A stretch of DNA of 64,000 nucleotides from Eledone cirrhosa (Eukaryota): positions 53,444,001 through 53,508,000 of the forward strand of contig OZ024748.1 in assembly GCA_964016885.1 (NCBI GenBank). The letters are read 5' to 3'. Numbering within the stretch: the first letter of the stretch is position 1; each line of letters begins with the position of its first letter. The position numbers were made by a program, and so were the translations under genes. Positions 1 through 13,254 of the stretch are shown here, in pieces. The notes beneath the pieces are model-generated. The model made no database searches, was not told where the DNA came from, and worked only from the letters and a program-made list of their open reading frames with translations.

Positions 1-317
1 TAAGATAGGGACAAGCCCACAACACTTTGTGGTAGAGTATTAACAAATCTATCAAGTCCAGAATATCAGGCAAGATTTTGAACCCAGAATGTAAACGTTT
101 GTAACTAAATACTATCTTGTAGCTCTGTCTGATGCTCTACTGCTTCTCTAGCAAAGGAACAAGGTCTGCAGGACTTTACAGAATATATGATTAAGAAGTT
201 GACATAGTTTATCTGCCCCTTCATCTTCTCCCCCCTCTCCACTCCACGACCACCATTATAGACACCAGATGGAAATGACTATAAGAATCCCAGACTTTCC
301 TCCTCCTCTTCCTCTTC

Positions 318-329
318 ATGATCATCACG

Positions 330-375
<46 letters not shown>

Positions 376-703
376 ACAACATTATCACCATCATAATCAT
401 TGCAATTATAACCATTGTCGTTTATTTTTTTACCTTCTCCTCCTTCACTTCCTCCTCCTCCTCCTCACCATCATCATCATCACCATCATCACCATCATCA
501 CCATCATCATCATCCTCATCATCACCATCATTATCACCATCATCACCATCATCACCATCATCATCATCACCATCATCATCACCATCATCATCATCATCAT
601 CCTCACCATCACCATCATCCTCACCATCATCACCATCATCACCATCATCATCATCACCATCATCATCATCCTCATCATCACCATCACCACCATCATCATC
701 ACC

Positions 704-735
<32 letters not shown>

Positions 736-1975
736 CATCCTCATCATCACCATCATCACCATCATCATCATCACCACACCATCACCATCATCACCATCAT
801 CATCACCATCATCACCATCACCATCATCATCATCATCATTCTCCTCCCTCTCATCAATGAAGTTGTTCTTATGATGGTTATAACAAGGAAAAGGAGAGAG
901 AAGTAAGGCAGAGATGATGCTGTCTGCAATGATGGTGATGGTGATGGTGATGATGGTGATGAGGATGGTGATGGTGATGGTGATGATGGTGATGAGGATG
1001 GTGATGATTGTGATGATGATGATGGTGATGGCAATGATAGTTGAGATGATGATGATTATGGTAATCCTGATCATGAGCATGATGATAACAATGATGATGA
1101 TGATGATGATGATGATGATCATCATCATCATCATCATCATCATCATCGTCGTCGTCGTCGTCGTCGTCGTCATGAAGACAATCATGATGATAATGATCAT
1201 CATGATGATGATGGTGATAATGATGATAATGATGGCAATGATGATGATGGTGATAGTGGTGATGGTGATAGTGATGATGGTGATGATGATGATGGTGATA
1301 GTGATGATGGTTATGGTTATGATGGCGATGATGATGAGAATGGTGATGATGGCAATGATTTTGATGATGGTGTTGATGATGATGGTGATGGTGAGAATGG
1401 TAATATGGGGATGGGGGAAAATGGTGATGGTCATTATCATGTGGATGATCATGATGATGACGATGAAAATGGTGAGGATGACGATGATGATGGCAATGAT
1501 AGTGATGACAATGATGGTGATGGTGGTGATAATCATCATCATCAACATCACCATCATCACCATCATCATCACTGTCATCATTACCATCATCAACATCACC
1601 ATCACCATCACTATCATCATCACCATCATCATCATCATCATCATCACCATCACCATCATCATCATCACCATCATCATCACGATCATCATCGTCATCATCA
1701 TCATCATCATCATCACCATCACCATCACTATCATCACCATCACCATAATCATCACCATCACCATCACCATCACCATTATCATCACTATCATCATCATCAC
1801 CATCACCATCATCATCATCACCATCACCATCATCATCATCATCACCATCACCATCATCATCATCACCATAATCATCACCATCACCATCACCATCATCACC
1901 ATCATCACCATCATCATCATCATCATCACCATAAACATCACCATCACCATCACCATCATCATCACTATCATCACT
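318..1975. repeat. Compound (ATC/ACC)n and (GAT/GGT)n trinucleotide microsatellite with strand flips
   Basis: Long degenerate CAT/CAC tracts alternate with their reverse complements; this explains the poly-H/I/M ORFs. Confidence 0.97.
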
Positions 1976-2304
1976 AGCGTATTCAATAAATAAACAGAGT
2001 AAATTTCAGTATTTATTATTGCAGCTTTGGTGTAACAGAAAATGCCGTCTAGATAAAAACAATGAAACTGGAGTTGATATGGAAGGAAGCTAAGACTTGT
2101 CTATGAGAACCATATGCGAGGAAGGTTTAGGACAGGGTCAGACAGAGTTGTGTGTAGCGGGTTGGTGTAAGGGTGAGGAATCTAATGTAAAGACTTGCAT
2201 CTCAGAAACTTCCTTCTCTTATAGCTTAACTCTCTTTCCATAAACTACATAGCCCCTCACTCCACCTAGATATACCAAAGCCCACCTGAAACTCTGTATA
2301 ATAC

Positions 2305-2546
2305 AGCAGGTTTCCAGGCTATTTCCAGGCTATTTCCAGCCTTTTTCCAGACGATTTCCAGGCCATTTCCAGACCATTTCCAGGCTATTTTCAGACTATT
2401 TCCAGACTGTTTCCAGACCATTTCCAGACCATTTTCAGACCATTTCCAGGCCATTTTCAGACTATTTCCAGACTATTTCCAGACTGTTTCCAGGCCATTT
2501 CCAGACCCTTTCCAGACCATTTCCAGGCTATTTCCAGACTATTTCT
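2305..2546. repeat. 11-bp minisatellite (TTTCCAGACCA)n
   Basis: About 20 imperfect copies of tttccag(a/g)c(c/t)a. Confidence 0.93.
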
Positions 2547-2689
2547 GGCAACTAAATCACCGCTTGTAGTTTTTGGTCAAACCAACTTTATGGTAGAAAA
2601 CACTTGCAGTTGGAACGAACCTACAACCTCATGGTTGCAAAGTAAATGTTTTATTCACCTGGTCAAGTTTTAATAGCTTTCTAAGAAAT

Positions 2690-2895
2690 CCCAGGGAAGG
2701 AAGCCCCTGTGGAGGAAGGCCAGGGAAGAGCTGGGAAGAGTGGGGGGTGAGAGCTGATCTCTCAAATTGCTGACACCCACAGTGGAGATGATGAAGGATC
2801 ACAACGTGTGGAGAGATGCTGTACTGAAAAGGGACCCGTCCAACCCATGCAAGCATGGAAAATTGCATGTAGAAATGATGATAATGATGATGATG
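2690..2895 (+). mobile_element. Decayed RTE LINE 3' end
   Basis: Similar to 23890-24100 (ggaaggccaggg..ctgatctc..gatgaaggatc..acccgtccaacccatgcaagcatggaaa); ends in (GAT)n. Confidence 0.75.
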
Positions 2896-3077
2896 TTAAT
2901 GTAATATGTATATATGCCATGTGTATACTGGATTGTAGAATAGGTACACTATATCTCATTGTGTTATGAGAGGCAGGTATAAGTATTAGTGTCAGGAAGG
3001 GCATCCAGCAGTAAAGCATTTTTCCAAACTCCCCTGTTAAACCTAGGCTGCTCTCTCTTTCTTTCTCTCTTTCTCGC

Positions 3078-3126
<49 letters not shown>

Positions 3127-3554
3127 TCTCTGAAAAACATAAGAAGATTCTATGAATTACATTCAATAATTTTACAGACTTTAGAACTTTCTTCCATCTC
3201 ATTGGTTTCCTCCTTCTTATGACTTGAATTCATTCTTGAATTCATTCAAGTTTAAAGTAAATTCATTCTTTTCATCTTAATTTCTCCTTCTTTGAAATCC
3301 CTTACACTAAGTGGCTTCACATCTTGTTTGCGACTTTCAAGAATAAAAAAAAACCTTCCTTAATTGGAAAATCTAACCATTTTGATTTTCAGCAATCTTG
3401 AGTTTAACATTACACTGTTGAGATCCAGTTAGGATTGAAATACACATCCATGATAATAATTCTATGATACTATTGTCATTGCTGAGAAATAAGCTTCCAT
3501 AATTTAATTGTTTTGAAATATTTTTCTACAAAAAAGTGAAATATGTTAGAAACT

Positions 3555-3945
3555 CAATCTACCCTATTAAAATTAAATGAATAGACCAGTCTATCCTATG
3601 AAAATTTAATAAATGGACTAATCTACCCCATGAAAAGTAAAATAATGGACTCATCTATCCTATGAAAATTTAATGAATGGACTAATCTACCCCATGAAAA
3701 GTAAAATAATGGACTCATCACTCCCATGAAAATTTAATGAATGGACTAATCTTCCTCATGAAAATTTAATGAATAGAATAATCTCTCCCATGAAAATTAA
3801 ACGAATGGACTAATCTCTCCCATGAAAATTAAACAAATGGACTAACCTCTCCCATGAAAATTTAATGAATGGACTAATATACCCCATTAAAAGTTAATGG
3901 GCGGGCTATTCTAACCCATGAAAATTGAATGAATGGACTAATCAG
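3555..3945. repeat. ~30-bp minisatellite
   Basis: Diverged tandem copies of ccatgaaaatttaatgaatggactaatcta. Confidence 0.9.
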
Positions 3946-4275
3946 GATGAAGCAGTTGTAATGGTGAAATTTATACATATGATACATACACTCAGATACA
4001 CCTACACATGTTGTACACACACACATTCAAAATCTCAGACATATATATGCATGTACACATACATACAAAAACACACACACATACACATGCAAAAACATAC
4101 ATATATACACATACAAACACATACATATATATGTAAAATATAAGAAAAGGGAAGGGAATGAACAGTCAAAGAGACACAATAAATTGATAGGGTTAGAGAA
4201 AGAGGGGAGAGAAAGAGAGAGAGAGCAGAAGAGGAAGAGAGGGGAGAGCCAGAGCAATGGGAGAGGGGGGAGAAA

Positions 4276-4475
4276 NNNNNNNNNNNNNNNNNNNNNNNNN
4301 NNNNNNNNNNNNNNNNNNNNNNNNNNNNNNNNNNNNNNNNNNNNNNNNNNNNNNNNNNNNNNNNNNNNNNNNNNNNNNNNNNNNNNNNNNNNNNNNNNNN
4401 NNNNNNNNNNNNNNNNNNNNNNNNNNNNNNNNNNNNNNNNNNNNNNNNNNNNNNNNNNNNNNNNNNNNNNNNNNN
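4276..4475. other. Assembly gap (200 N)
   Basis: Run of N characters. Confidence 0.99.
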
Positions 4476-5811
4476 AAATATAAGTATGTATACGTGCATA
4501 CATATATGTATACAGACTTACAGTAGTATGTATATATATACATGCACACACATATATATATGTACGTGTGGGTTTACCAAACATTTATTATAATGCTCGG
4601 TTTGTTTGTAAACAAACAGCCAAAATTATTAGCCCTACAGTGTTTGGCAACCATCGTTGCCCTTTTGTTCAACACTGACAAAGGAACAATGAACTAGTTT
4701 CTAGCTTATTAGCTGTCATCAGCACCGTATACCTTCCTGTCAGTTGATTGAATGTTTGAAAGTATATACTTTCCTTATGCATATTAACGGCTGAGCAGCC
4801 TAATTTGCATATCGAGTTAGTTAGTCGGCCGAGTGTACCGAAAACGATAAATGGAAAAAATGAAATTAACATATGGGTTGTAGGTAGAGTATTTATACTG
4901 AGGAGAGTGGTAGGCAAAGAGTTAGAGACAAATAAATGCTGGAGGACACATGTGTATATATAATCACACATATATTCATACACACATACATACTTGCACA
5001 CACCCTATCAGACATATACATACTTTCTTCTTCCTGTTTGATGAATAGAAAAATAATATATGAATATATATATTCTTTTTCTAATTTTTTTTTCTTTCAT
5101 TACACTCAAATCACAGCTTTGTTTTAATATTATATTTGTAGTATATATATAATTCATGATCGTTCACAGTCTCCAGGGAAATACGCCAATTTGTCATGTT
5201 TACATGTTCATATACTCAATCTTAATGTGTATATATACTCATTTAAGCAATGTTGGTAAATCTTGTATTGTATATGTACAGATATGTATTCATCATATAT
5301 TTGTAATGTCATTTATGTAGCGAAATCGTTTATATATTTTCATTAAATTATTTATGTATATTTATCTACTCTTACCAACAGTAGTAACATAATACCTCCA
5401 AATTTACTTGTCTTATGATGGGTAACACTACAGTAAATAAATCAGGTAAATTCTAACTCTACTGACATTTACTTGATTGTTATATATATATATATAGTTA
5501 ATAAATGAAGCAAACAAAACATGGGAGGCATTTTACACAGTTATATTAGGTTCACACTTGGTAGAAGTGGAGGATATATATACATATATAGATTTTGAGT
5601 ATATGTTGGTTGTTTACCGATACCTCAGTATGCAGATTGGAGCACTCGACGAAGTACGCAGGTTGGTCTGTTTAATCCAGAGTAATGTAAAATGTGATTC
5701 CAGTTCCTCAGAGGAATAACAACACAACCAGGAGCTGGACATATCGATGTATTGACGTAGTAAAATACACTTCAACAACATGTGTACCTGTCTTTCTCAC
5801 ACCAATTCGGA

Positions 5812-5864
5812 CTGCCTGAAGAGGTCACAGCCAATGATGGCTGTCACCAAAATATATATAGCAG
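5812..5864 (+). ncRNA. Hammerhead ribozyme motif (type I, G12>A variant)
   Basis: ctgc-CTGAAGA-ggtcacagcca(atga)tggctgtcacc-AAAA-tatata-TA-gcag: stems I, II and III are all present; GAAA reads AAAA. Confidence 0.65.
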
Positions 5865-6174
5865 CATATCTATAATTTATAATAAACCAAGCCAAATTTT
5901 ACATATTTGACTTAATTATTTTATATATATATATATATATCCTGTTTGCCATCTGCTTTGAATTCATATTTGAAAGACTTAGCCATGCAGGCTTTTTTTA
6001 AAACTATCATGTAATAGACATCATATGGCTCAGCCTGTCTTCCTCTATTCTCTCTTTTCTATGCTGTAGTGTCATTCTTTTTTGACTTCACATTGGACTG
6101 CAGTCTATATTATTCATTTTTGTTTTTCTATTTCTCTCTCTTCTATATCTTTCTCCAGTGAACAATGTAAAGTG

Positions 6175-6378
6175 ATCATGTAGGTGTCACGACAAAAATC
6201 ACCCTGCACAGATTGTAAATGTGGTTGGCATTAGGAAAGGCATCCAGCTATAGAAGCCAAGCCAGAAACAGTTCTGTATGAGAAAGACATGGTCACCTGA
6301 TCTGACTTGTCTGAAATGGGACAACTTGTCTAACCATGCTAGTGTGCAAAATGCACATTATACTATGATGGTGATGAT
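6175..6378 (+). mobile_element. RTE-tail SINE-like element (family C)
   Basis: gtgtcacgacaaaaa..gtggttggcattaggaaaggcatccagct..; GAT-rich tail; shared with copies at 12370, 13682 and 34165. Confidence 0.75.
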
Positions 6379-6466
6379 AATCCAGTGGCCCCTGCTCATC
6401 TCCTTCCTTTCCAACATTCATTGCCTATGTTTCACTACTATTTAGCATCATCCTTTCTATACAAGT

Positions 6467-6730
6467 GGAGGTCCATGGCCTAGTGGTAAGGGTGTTTGGA
6501 CTTACGATCATAATGTCATGGGTTTGATTCCTTGGCTTGGGTTGTGTGTTGCATTCTTGAGCAAAACACTTCATTTCACATTGTTCATGTTCACTCAGCT
6601 GAAAATGAGTACCAGCAGTTGTTGGGGGTTTAACCCCATGATGGACTGTTGTCCTGTCCAGGGGGGGAGTTTTGTACTCAGATGAGCACCAGCCTAATGA
6701 ACCTACTGTCTTTAAGACAGACTTTAAACT
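6467..6730 (+). mobile_element. tRNA-derived SINE, family B (CORE/Meta-like body)
   Basis: Box A-like tggcctagtggtaagg, then cttgagcaaaacacttcatttcacattg..actcagctgaaaatgagt. Confidence 0.75.
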
Positions 6731-7182
6731 TAGACATAGACTTTCTATACAAGCATCGTACAATCTATCCTTTCATTGTTTAATTTCCTCTTTCATTTTA
6801 TTCTTTTATTTTTCTTCTCTTCTTCATTTCCTTTATATTTTATATATTTTTTTCTGTAAATAAAAAATGTGAAATATACTGATAATGTTTCAAAATTTAA
6901 ATACACAGCAAATTACCAAATTTACATATTAAAGTACATTTAGTGCACGAAATCCAACATTTTCTCTTTATTATAAAATAATTGAAATGAAAAACAAACA
7001 CATTCACTACACAAAATCTCACAATGACAATGTTGTAAAAGGCTACTTACTGGCTTTATATAAAAAATAATTGAGCAGTATCTAATAAAAACAACACACA
7101 CTATTCATTTGATACATAGAAAATTTAAATGCAAAAAAATGACTTTCTCATAATTAAGCTGGTGTTTGGAACATAATATAAT

Positions 7183-7372
7183 TGTTTCTACTTTTGGCAC
7201 AAGGCCAGCAATTGCACAGTGCATTACTGGTACTTTATTTCATCAACCCTGTAAGGATGAAAGGCACAGTTAAACTCGACTGGGTTTGAACTCGGAACGT
7301 AAAGGGCCATAACTCTGTGCTGCAAAGCATGGTGACTGATGCTCTACCGATACTTCCAATCCACCACCCTCC
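7183..7372 (-). mobile_element. tRNA-derived SINE, family A, with 20-bp TSD
   Basis: Reverse complement of the 7660 copy; flanked by direct repeat tgtttggaacataatataat (7163-7182 and 7373-7392). Confidence 0.9.
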
Positions 7373-7410
7373 TGTTTGGAACATAATATAATAAAGGTAT
7401 TTTATTATAG

Positions 7411-7520
7411 TGGAAGCACGTGGCATAGTGGTAAGGGTGTTGGGCTTCTGATCATAATGGGTTGTGTGTTGTGTTCTTGAGCAAAGTGTTTCATTTTACA
7501 TTGCTCCAGTATACTCAGCT
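7411..7520 (+). mobile_element. SINE family B, 5' part
   Basis: tggcatagtggtaaggg..cttgagcaaagtgtttcattttacattgctccagt..actcagct. Confidence 0.7.
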
Positions 7521-7659
7521 TCCTTGATGGAAGGTTTTTAAATAAATTTAAACATTTTAACCCCTTTTGTTACCAACTAGGCCATAACCAGCTCTGGTTC
7601 CATGAAATAAAGGTTTCCAATTTAGATTAAAATCTTCCAGCATTATTTTATATAAGAAA

Positions 7660-7846
7660 GGCGGTGGATTGGCAGTATCGGTAGAGGTTCGGATGCCATG
7701 CTTTCCAGCATAGTTACGTCCCTTAACGATATGAGTTCAAATCCCGCTGAGGTTGACTTTGCCTTTCATCCTTACGGGGTCGATAAAATAAAGTACCAGT
7801 AATGCACTGGGTAATTGCTGGCCTTGTGCCAAAAGTAGAAACAATT
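7660..7846 (+). mobile_element. tRNA-derived SINE, family A, full length with 17-bp TSD
   Basis: Box A (tggcagtatcgg) and box B (gagttcaaatccc); Deu/Nin-like core gcctttcatccttacggggtcgataaaataaagtaccag; TSD attattttatataagaa at 7642 and 7844. Confidence 0.92.
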
Positions 7847-8188
7847 ATTTTATATAAGAACCTTATTTTAAGTACTATCTTAGTAATGAATGATAAATAA
7901 TTTTAGTAAATCTCTCGAAATTCTTCATTAATTAATTGAAATAGAGTGTATTTCTTTAGAAATGCAGTCATTAAAGGGTTAAATCTGCCCTTAATTTGGA
8001 CTGATAAGTTCTTTGTTCGTGGTAGCAGTAATAATTCTCTAAACCTTTTCCACTCTGGTCCCACTTTGGTTACGATGACCAATATGTCCTTTTATCCTGG
8101 TGGAGGTAATAACTCCCTAAACGTTTTCCCCCTTGGTTTGGTCTCACTCTCATTACTATGACTGATACATTCTTTGTACCTGGTGAGT

Positions 8189-9146
8189 GACATTTAGGAG
8201 TTTCCCACAGAGACAGTCAGTTTTAAACCCCTCTGGGTGTGTTCACATGTGTGACATTTAGGAGTTTCCCACAGAGACAGTCAGTTTTAAACCCCTCTGG
8301 GCGTGTTCACATGTGTGACATTTAGGAGTTTCCCACAGAGACAGTCAGTTTTAAACCCCTCTGGGTGTATTCACATATATGACATTTAGGAGTTTCCCAC
8401 AGAGACAGTCAGTTTTAAGCCCCTCTGGGTGTATTCACATATATAACATTTAGGAGTTTCCCACAGAGACAGTCAGTTTTAAGCCCCTCTGGGTGTATTC
8501 ACATATATAACATTTAGGAGTTTCCCACAGAGACAGTCAGTTTTAAACCCCTCTGGGTGTGTTCACATATATAACATTTAGGAGTTTCCCACAGAGACAG
8601 TCAGTTTTAAACCCCTCTGGGTGTGTTCACATGTATGACATTTAGGAGTTTCCCACAGAGACAGTCAGTTTTAAGCCCCTCTGGGTGTGTTCACATGTAT
8701 GACATTTAGGAGTTTCCCACAGAGACAGTCAGTTTTAAACCCCTCTGGGTGTGTTCACATGTATGACATTTAGAAGTTTCCCTCTGACACAGTCAGTTTT
8801 AAACCCCTCTGGGTGTGTTCACATGTATGACATTTAGAAGTTTCCCTCTGACACAGTCAGTTTTAAACCCCTCTGGGTGTGTTCACATGTGTGACATTTA
8901 GGAGTTTCCCACAGAGACAGTCAGTTTTAAGCCCCTCTGGGTGTATTCACATGTATGACATTTAGGAGTTTCCCACAGAGACAGTCAGTTTTAAGCCCCT
9001 CTGGGTGTGTTCACATATATGACATTTAGAAGTTTCCCACAGAGACAGTCAGTTTTAAGCCCCTCTGGGTGTGTTCACATGTATGACATTTAGAAGTTTC
9101 CCCTCTGACACAGTCAGTTTTAAGCCCCTCTGGGTGTGTTCACACA
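8189..9146. repeat. 64-bp minisatellite, ~15 copies
   Basis: Unit gacatttaggagtttcccacagagacagtcagttttaaacccctctgggtgtgttcacatgtgt; period 8189->8253. Confidence 0.97.
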
Positions 9147-9468
9147 TCCAATCCAATCCAACCCAGGGTCTTCTCACTCCTGTTGGAGGAACCCCTCCCT
9201 TAATGACCTCCACTTTCTGTTTGCTTGTGGTCACATCTGGGGTGTAGCTGTACCCACCATACTTGGCCAATTGTGTGGGTTGGTGAGTCTATTTAACCCA
9301 TAGTTGAGGTGAATTTCAGTTGACACTGAGGGGTTCTTGTCTTATCACTAATACTTCTAAAAAAACACTAGCTTTTGTTTATGTACTGCGTAAACTGTAT
9401 GTTCTACAGCTTAGCAGTTTGACAATTGGAAACAAGTGTGGAATAAGTACCATACTTAAACGTAAGAG

Positions 9469-9729
9469 TTGGTGTCAAGGACATCTGGTGTCGAGGACAT
9501 CTGGTGTCGAGGACATCTGGTGTCGAGGATATCTGGTGTCGAGGACATCTGGTGTCGAGGACATCTGGTGTCAAGGACATCTGGTGTCGAGGACATCTGG
9601 TGTCGAGGACATCTGGTGTCGAGGACATTTGGAGTCGAGGACATCTGGTGTCGAGGACATCTGGTGTCGAGGACATCTGGTGTCGAGGATATCTGGTGTC
9701 AAGGACATCTAGTGTCGAGGACATCTGGT
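9469..9729. repeat. 16-bp minisatellite, ~16 copies
   Basis: (tggtgtcgaggacatc)n. Confidence 0.97.
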
Positions 9730-9804
9730 ATCAAGCCCTTCAAAATTCCTGTCCAGTCCATGACAGCATGAAAATGTGAACACAAAAATGAGGAAGATGA
9801 AAAG

Positions 9805-10006
9805 AATGGTTTCTCATTTAGGCAAGGCCAACAATTTTTGAGGAACGTCGATTAAATTGACTCCAGTACATTACTGGTACTTTATTTTATTGACCCGGTA
9901 AGGATGAAAGGCAAAGCTAATCTCAACTAGATTTGAACTCAGAATACGAAAGGATGCAACTCTATACTGCAAAGCATGTTATCCAATGTTCTATCAATAC
10001 TGCCAA
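9805..10006 (-). mobile_element. SINE family A (older copy)
   Basis: ctggtactttattttattgacccggtaaggatgaaaggcaaagc..tttgaactcag. Confidence 0.85.
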
Positions 10007-10203
10007 TCATAATTATAATGATATATGTGTGCGCATGTGTGATATGATGATAAATGGATGGCTGAACCTATGTAATGGTAACAATAAAAACAACAATAGT
10101 GACAAGAAGAACATTTATAATAAAGAAAAAAATAGAATACCAAACTAACTAGTATCTACGTTTTGGATATAACAGAAAACATAGGTTTCACAGGTATTGC
10201 TAT

Positions 10204-10204
<1 letters not shown>

Positions 10205-10242
<38 letters not shown>

Positions 10243-10367
10243 TGTACATACACACATATGCACACACTAACATGAACGCACACACACATACATACACTCT
10301 AACAAATGCACTCACACGCTAACATGTGCACTCACACATATGTACATACACATATATTTATATATAC

Positions 10368-10402
<35 letters not shown>

Positions 10403-10472
10403 AATATGTATGTATATGTATATATATATATATGTTTATATATATATGTATGTATGTATATATATATGTATG

Positions 10473-10503
<31 letters not shown>

Positions 10504-10756
10504 GTGTATGTATGTATATGTATGTATGTATATGTAGATATGTATATATATATGTATGTATGTATACATATATTTATATATATATAGTAATATGTATGTA
10601 TATATATATATGTATGTCTATATACATGTATGTATATATGTATGTATGGATGTATATATATGTGTGTTTGTATGTATATGTATATGTGTGTGCTCACACT
10701 TTGAAGAGGAACCATATTCATACATATATACATACATACATACATACATACATACA

Positions 10757-10787
<31 letters not shown>
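10205..10787. repeat. (CA)n/(TA)n/(TATG)n microsatellite complex
   Basis: Direct reading. Confidence 0.95.
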
Positions 10788-11099
10788 TAAAAAAAAATAA
10801 CACAAAAAAAGAAAAAGAAAACAAAAAAAAAATGCCTTATTAGGTAAAAATTTGCCAGGAAGAGAAACATTAAGATATATTGTAAAACTAAATAAATAAA
10901 AATAAGAAAAAATTGCTCGTGGAACATTTAGCTTCCTTGCATTGCTGCTTCTTACCGATTTTTAGCATGAAAGCCAATTTTCTAGAATGATCTTAACTAC
11001 AGCCAAAGAAACAACAAGACCCCATGATAAAAGCTTTTAATTCTTTGACTTAGGTGTGTCTACATTCTCTGATCATGATTACTTTAAGTAATTTCAGTA

Positions 11100-11930
11100 A
11101 TAGTGGTAGTGGTGATGGTGGGGGTTGGTGGTGGTGGTGGTGGTGGTGGTGGTGGTGGTGGTGTTGGTGGAGGGTGAGATGACGGTGGTGTTGTTGGTAG
11201 TGGTGATGGTGGTGGAGGGTGGTGGTGGTGGTGGTGGTGGTGATGGGGATGGTGGTGGTGGTGGTGGTGGTGATGCTGATGATGGTGGTGGTGGTGGTGG
11301 TGATGCTGATGGTGGTAGTGGTGGTGATGCTGGTGGTGGTGGTGGGTGGTGGGTGTTGGTGGAGGGTGAGATGATGGTGGTGTTGTTGGTAGTGGTGATG
11401 GTGGTGGTGGTGATGATAGGGATGGTAGTAGTGATGGTGGTGGTGGTGGAGGTGGAGGGGAAATGATGGTGGTTTTGTTGATAGTGGTGATGATGGTGAT
11501 GATGATGATGATAGGGATGGTGGTGTTGATGATGGTGGTGGAGGTGGAGGGGGAAATGATGGTGGTGTTGTTGGTAGTAGTGATGATGGTGATGATGGTG
11601 ATGATGATGATAAGGATGGTGGTAGTGATGGTGGTGGTGTTGTTGGTAGTGGTGGTGGTGGTGGTGGTGGTAGTAATGGCAGTAACGATGATGATGATGA
11701 CAATTTGATGATGGTGATGATGTTGATAATGGCAGGAATGATGGTTGTGATGATGGTGGAGATGATGATGATGATGATGAGGAGGAGAATAATGCCAGTA
11801 TTAACAATGAAGATGGGATTGATGGGGAAGATGATGATAATAATGATGGCACTGATGATGATGATGGTGGTGATGATGGTGATGATAATAATGTTTATGA
11901 TGATGATGATAACAACAATAATGATAAAGA
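11100..11930. repeat. (GGT/GAT)n compound microsatellite
   Basis: Direct reading. Confidence 0.95.
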
Positions 11931-11935
11931 TAATA

Positions 11936-12118
11936 ATTGTTTCTATTTTGGGCACAAGGCCAGCAATTATCCCAGTGCATTACTGGTACTTTATTTTATC
12001 GACCCCGTAAGGATGAAAGGCAAAGTCAACCTCGGCGGGATTTGAACTCAGATCATATAGGGCCGTAACTCTATGCTACAAAGCATGGCGTCCGACTCTC
12101 TACACATACTGCCAATTC
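11936..12118 (-). mobile_element. SINE family A
   Basis: Near-consensus copy; flanking direct repeat aagataataat. Confidence 0.9.
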
Positions 12119-12369
12119 AAGATAATAATGGTGATGATGATGGTTATGTTGATGATGATTATGATGAGGAATAGCAGGCTGTTGTTGATAATAGTGATGA
12201 TGATGAAGTTGCCAATAGAAACGATGAAGTAATCTCCATTTTTACTTCATCAAAGATCTTTCTGGAAGGAAACAGAAAGAGATAAAAATCCTCATTGAAA
12301 CACCAGAGTCTATAAGAAACAGATACAGGGACCAACTGGGTAGCCTCTACACCAGTTATGGTCAAACTG

Positions 12370-13152
12370 TGGCCAGTGGACCACATATGCCTCATTTGGA
12401 CAGAAAGTGCCCAGTCCACACTCTAAAGTGGTTGTGTAGGTATCACGGCAAAATGCATCCAGCCCACTCTGTAAAGTGGTCGTGTAGGTATCATGGCAAA
12501 ATGCACCCAGTCCACTCTGTAATGTGGTTGTGTAGGTATCACGGCGAAATGCACCCTGTCCACTCTGTAAGGTGGTCATGTAAGTGTCACGGCAAAAAGT
12601 CAATTCTGTAAAGTAATCATGTAGGTGTCACGGCAAAAAGTCCACTCTGTAAAGTGGTCGTGTAGGTATCACTGCAAAATGCACCCTGTTCACTCTATAA
12701 AGTGGTCATGTAGGTGTCACGGCAAAATGCACCCTGTCCAATCTATAAAGTGGTCGTGTAGGTGTCATGACATAAAGCACCCAGTACTCACTGTAATGTG
12801 GTCGTGTAAGTGTCACAACATAAACCACCCAGTCCACACTGCAATGTGGTCGTGTAGGTGTCACGACATAAACCATCCAGTCCACACTGTAAATCAGTCG
12901 TGTACGTGTCACAACATAAAGCACCCAGTCCACACTGTAAATTGGTTGTGTAGGTGTAACTACAAAAAGCACCCAGTACTCATTGTAAATAAGGTTGGCA
13001 TTAGGAAGAGCATCCAGCTGTAGAAAGCAAGCCAAAATTGGTTCTGTACGAGTAAGACATGGTCACCTGACCTGGCATTGCTCACAACAGGATAACTTGT
13101 CTAACAAATACTGGTGGGGAAAAATGGACGTAAAACGGAGATGATGATGATG
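12370..13152 (+). mobile_element. Family C element with an internal ~48-50-bp tandem amplification
   Basis: About 12 copies of gcacccagtccactctgtaaagtggtcgtgtaggtgtcacggcaaaat, then the family C 3' part and a (GAT)n tail. Confidence 0.85.
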
Positions 13153-13254
13153 AATATCATCATGATCATCATTGTTTAGCGTCTGCTTTCATTACTAGCA
13201 AGGGTTGGACAAGTTTTCACAGACCGAGTCAGTACACACGATGTGTCTATATAT

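Noticed and set aside
269-1993. Long poly-His/Ile/Met ORFs (up to 513 aa)
   Set aside because: Open in many frames only because triplet repeats lack stop codons
7660-7750. tRNA genes
   Set aside because: Box A/B sequences are SINE heads continuing into SINE bodies; no full cloverleaf
9469-9729. 16-bp repeat as a CRISPR array or repeat protein
   Set aside because: Head-to-tail units with no spacers; period is not a multiple of 3; eukaryotic context
12200-12300. Minus-strand splice acceptor (polypyrimidine-CAG) exon candidate
   Set aside because: No convincing donor site or recognisable protein sequence
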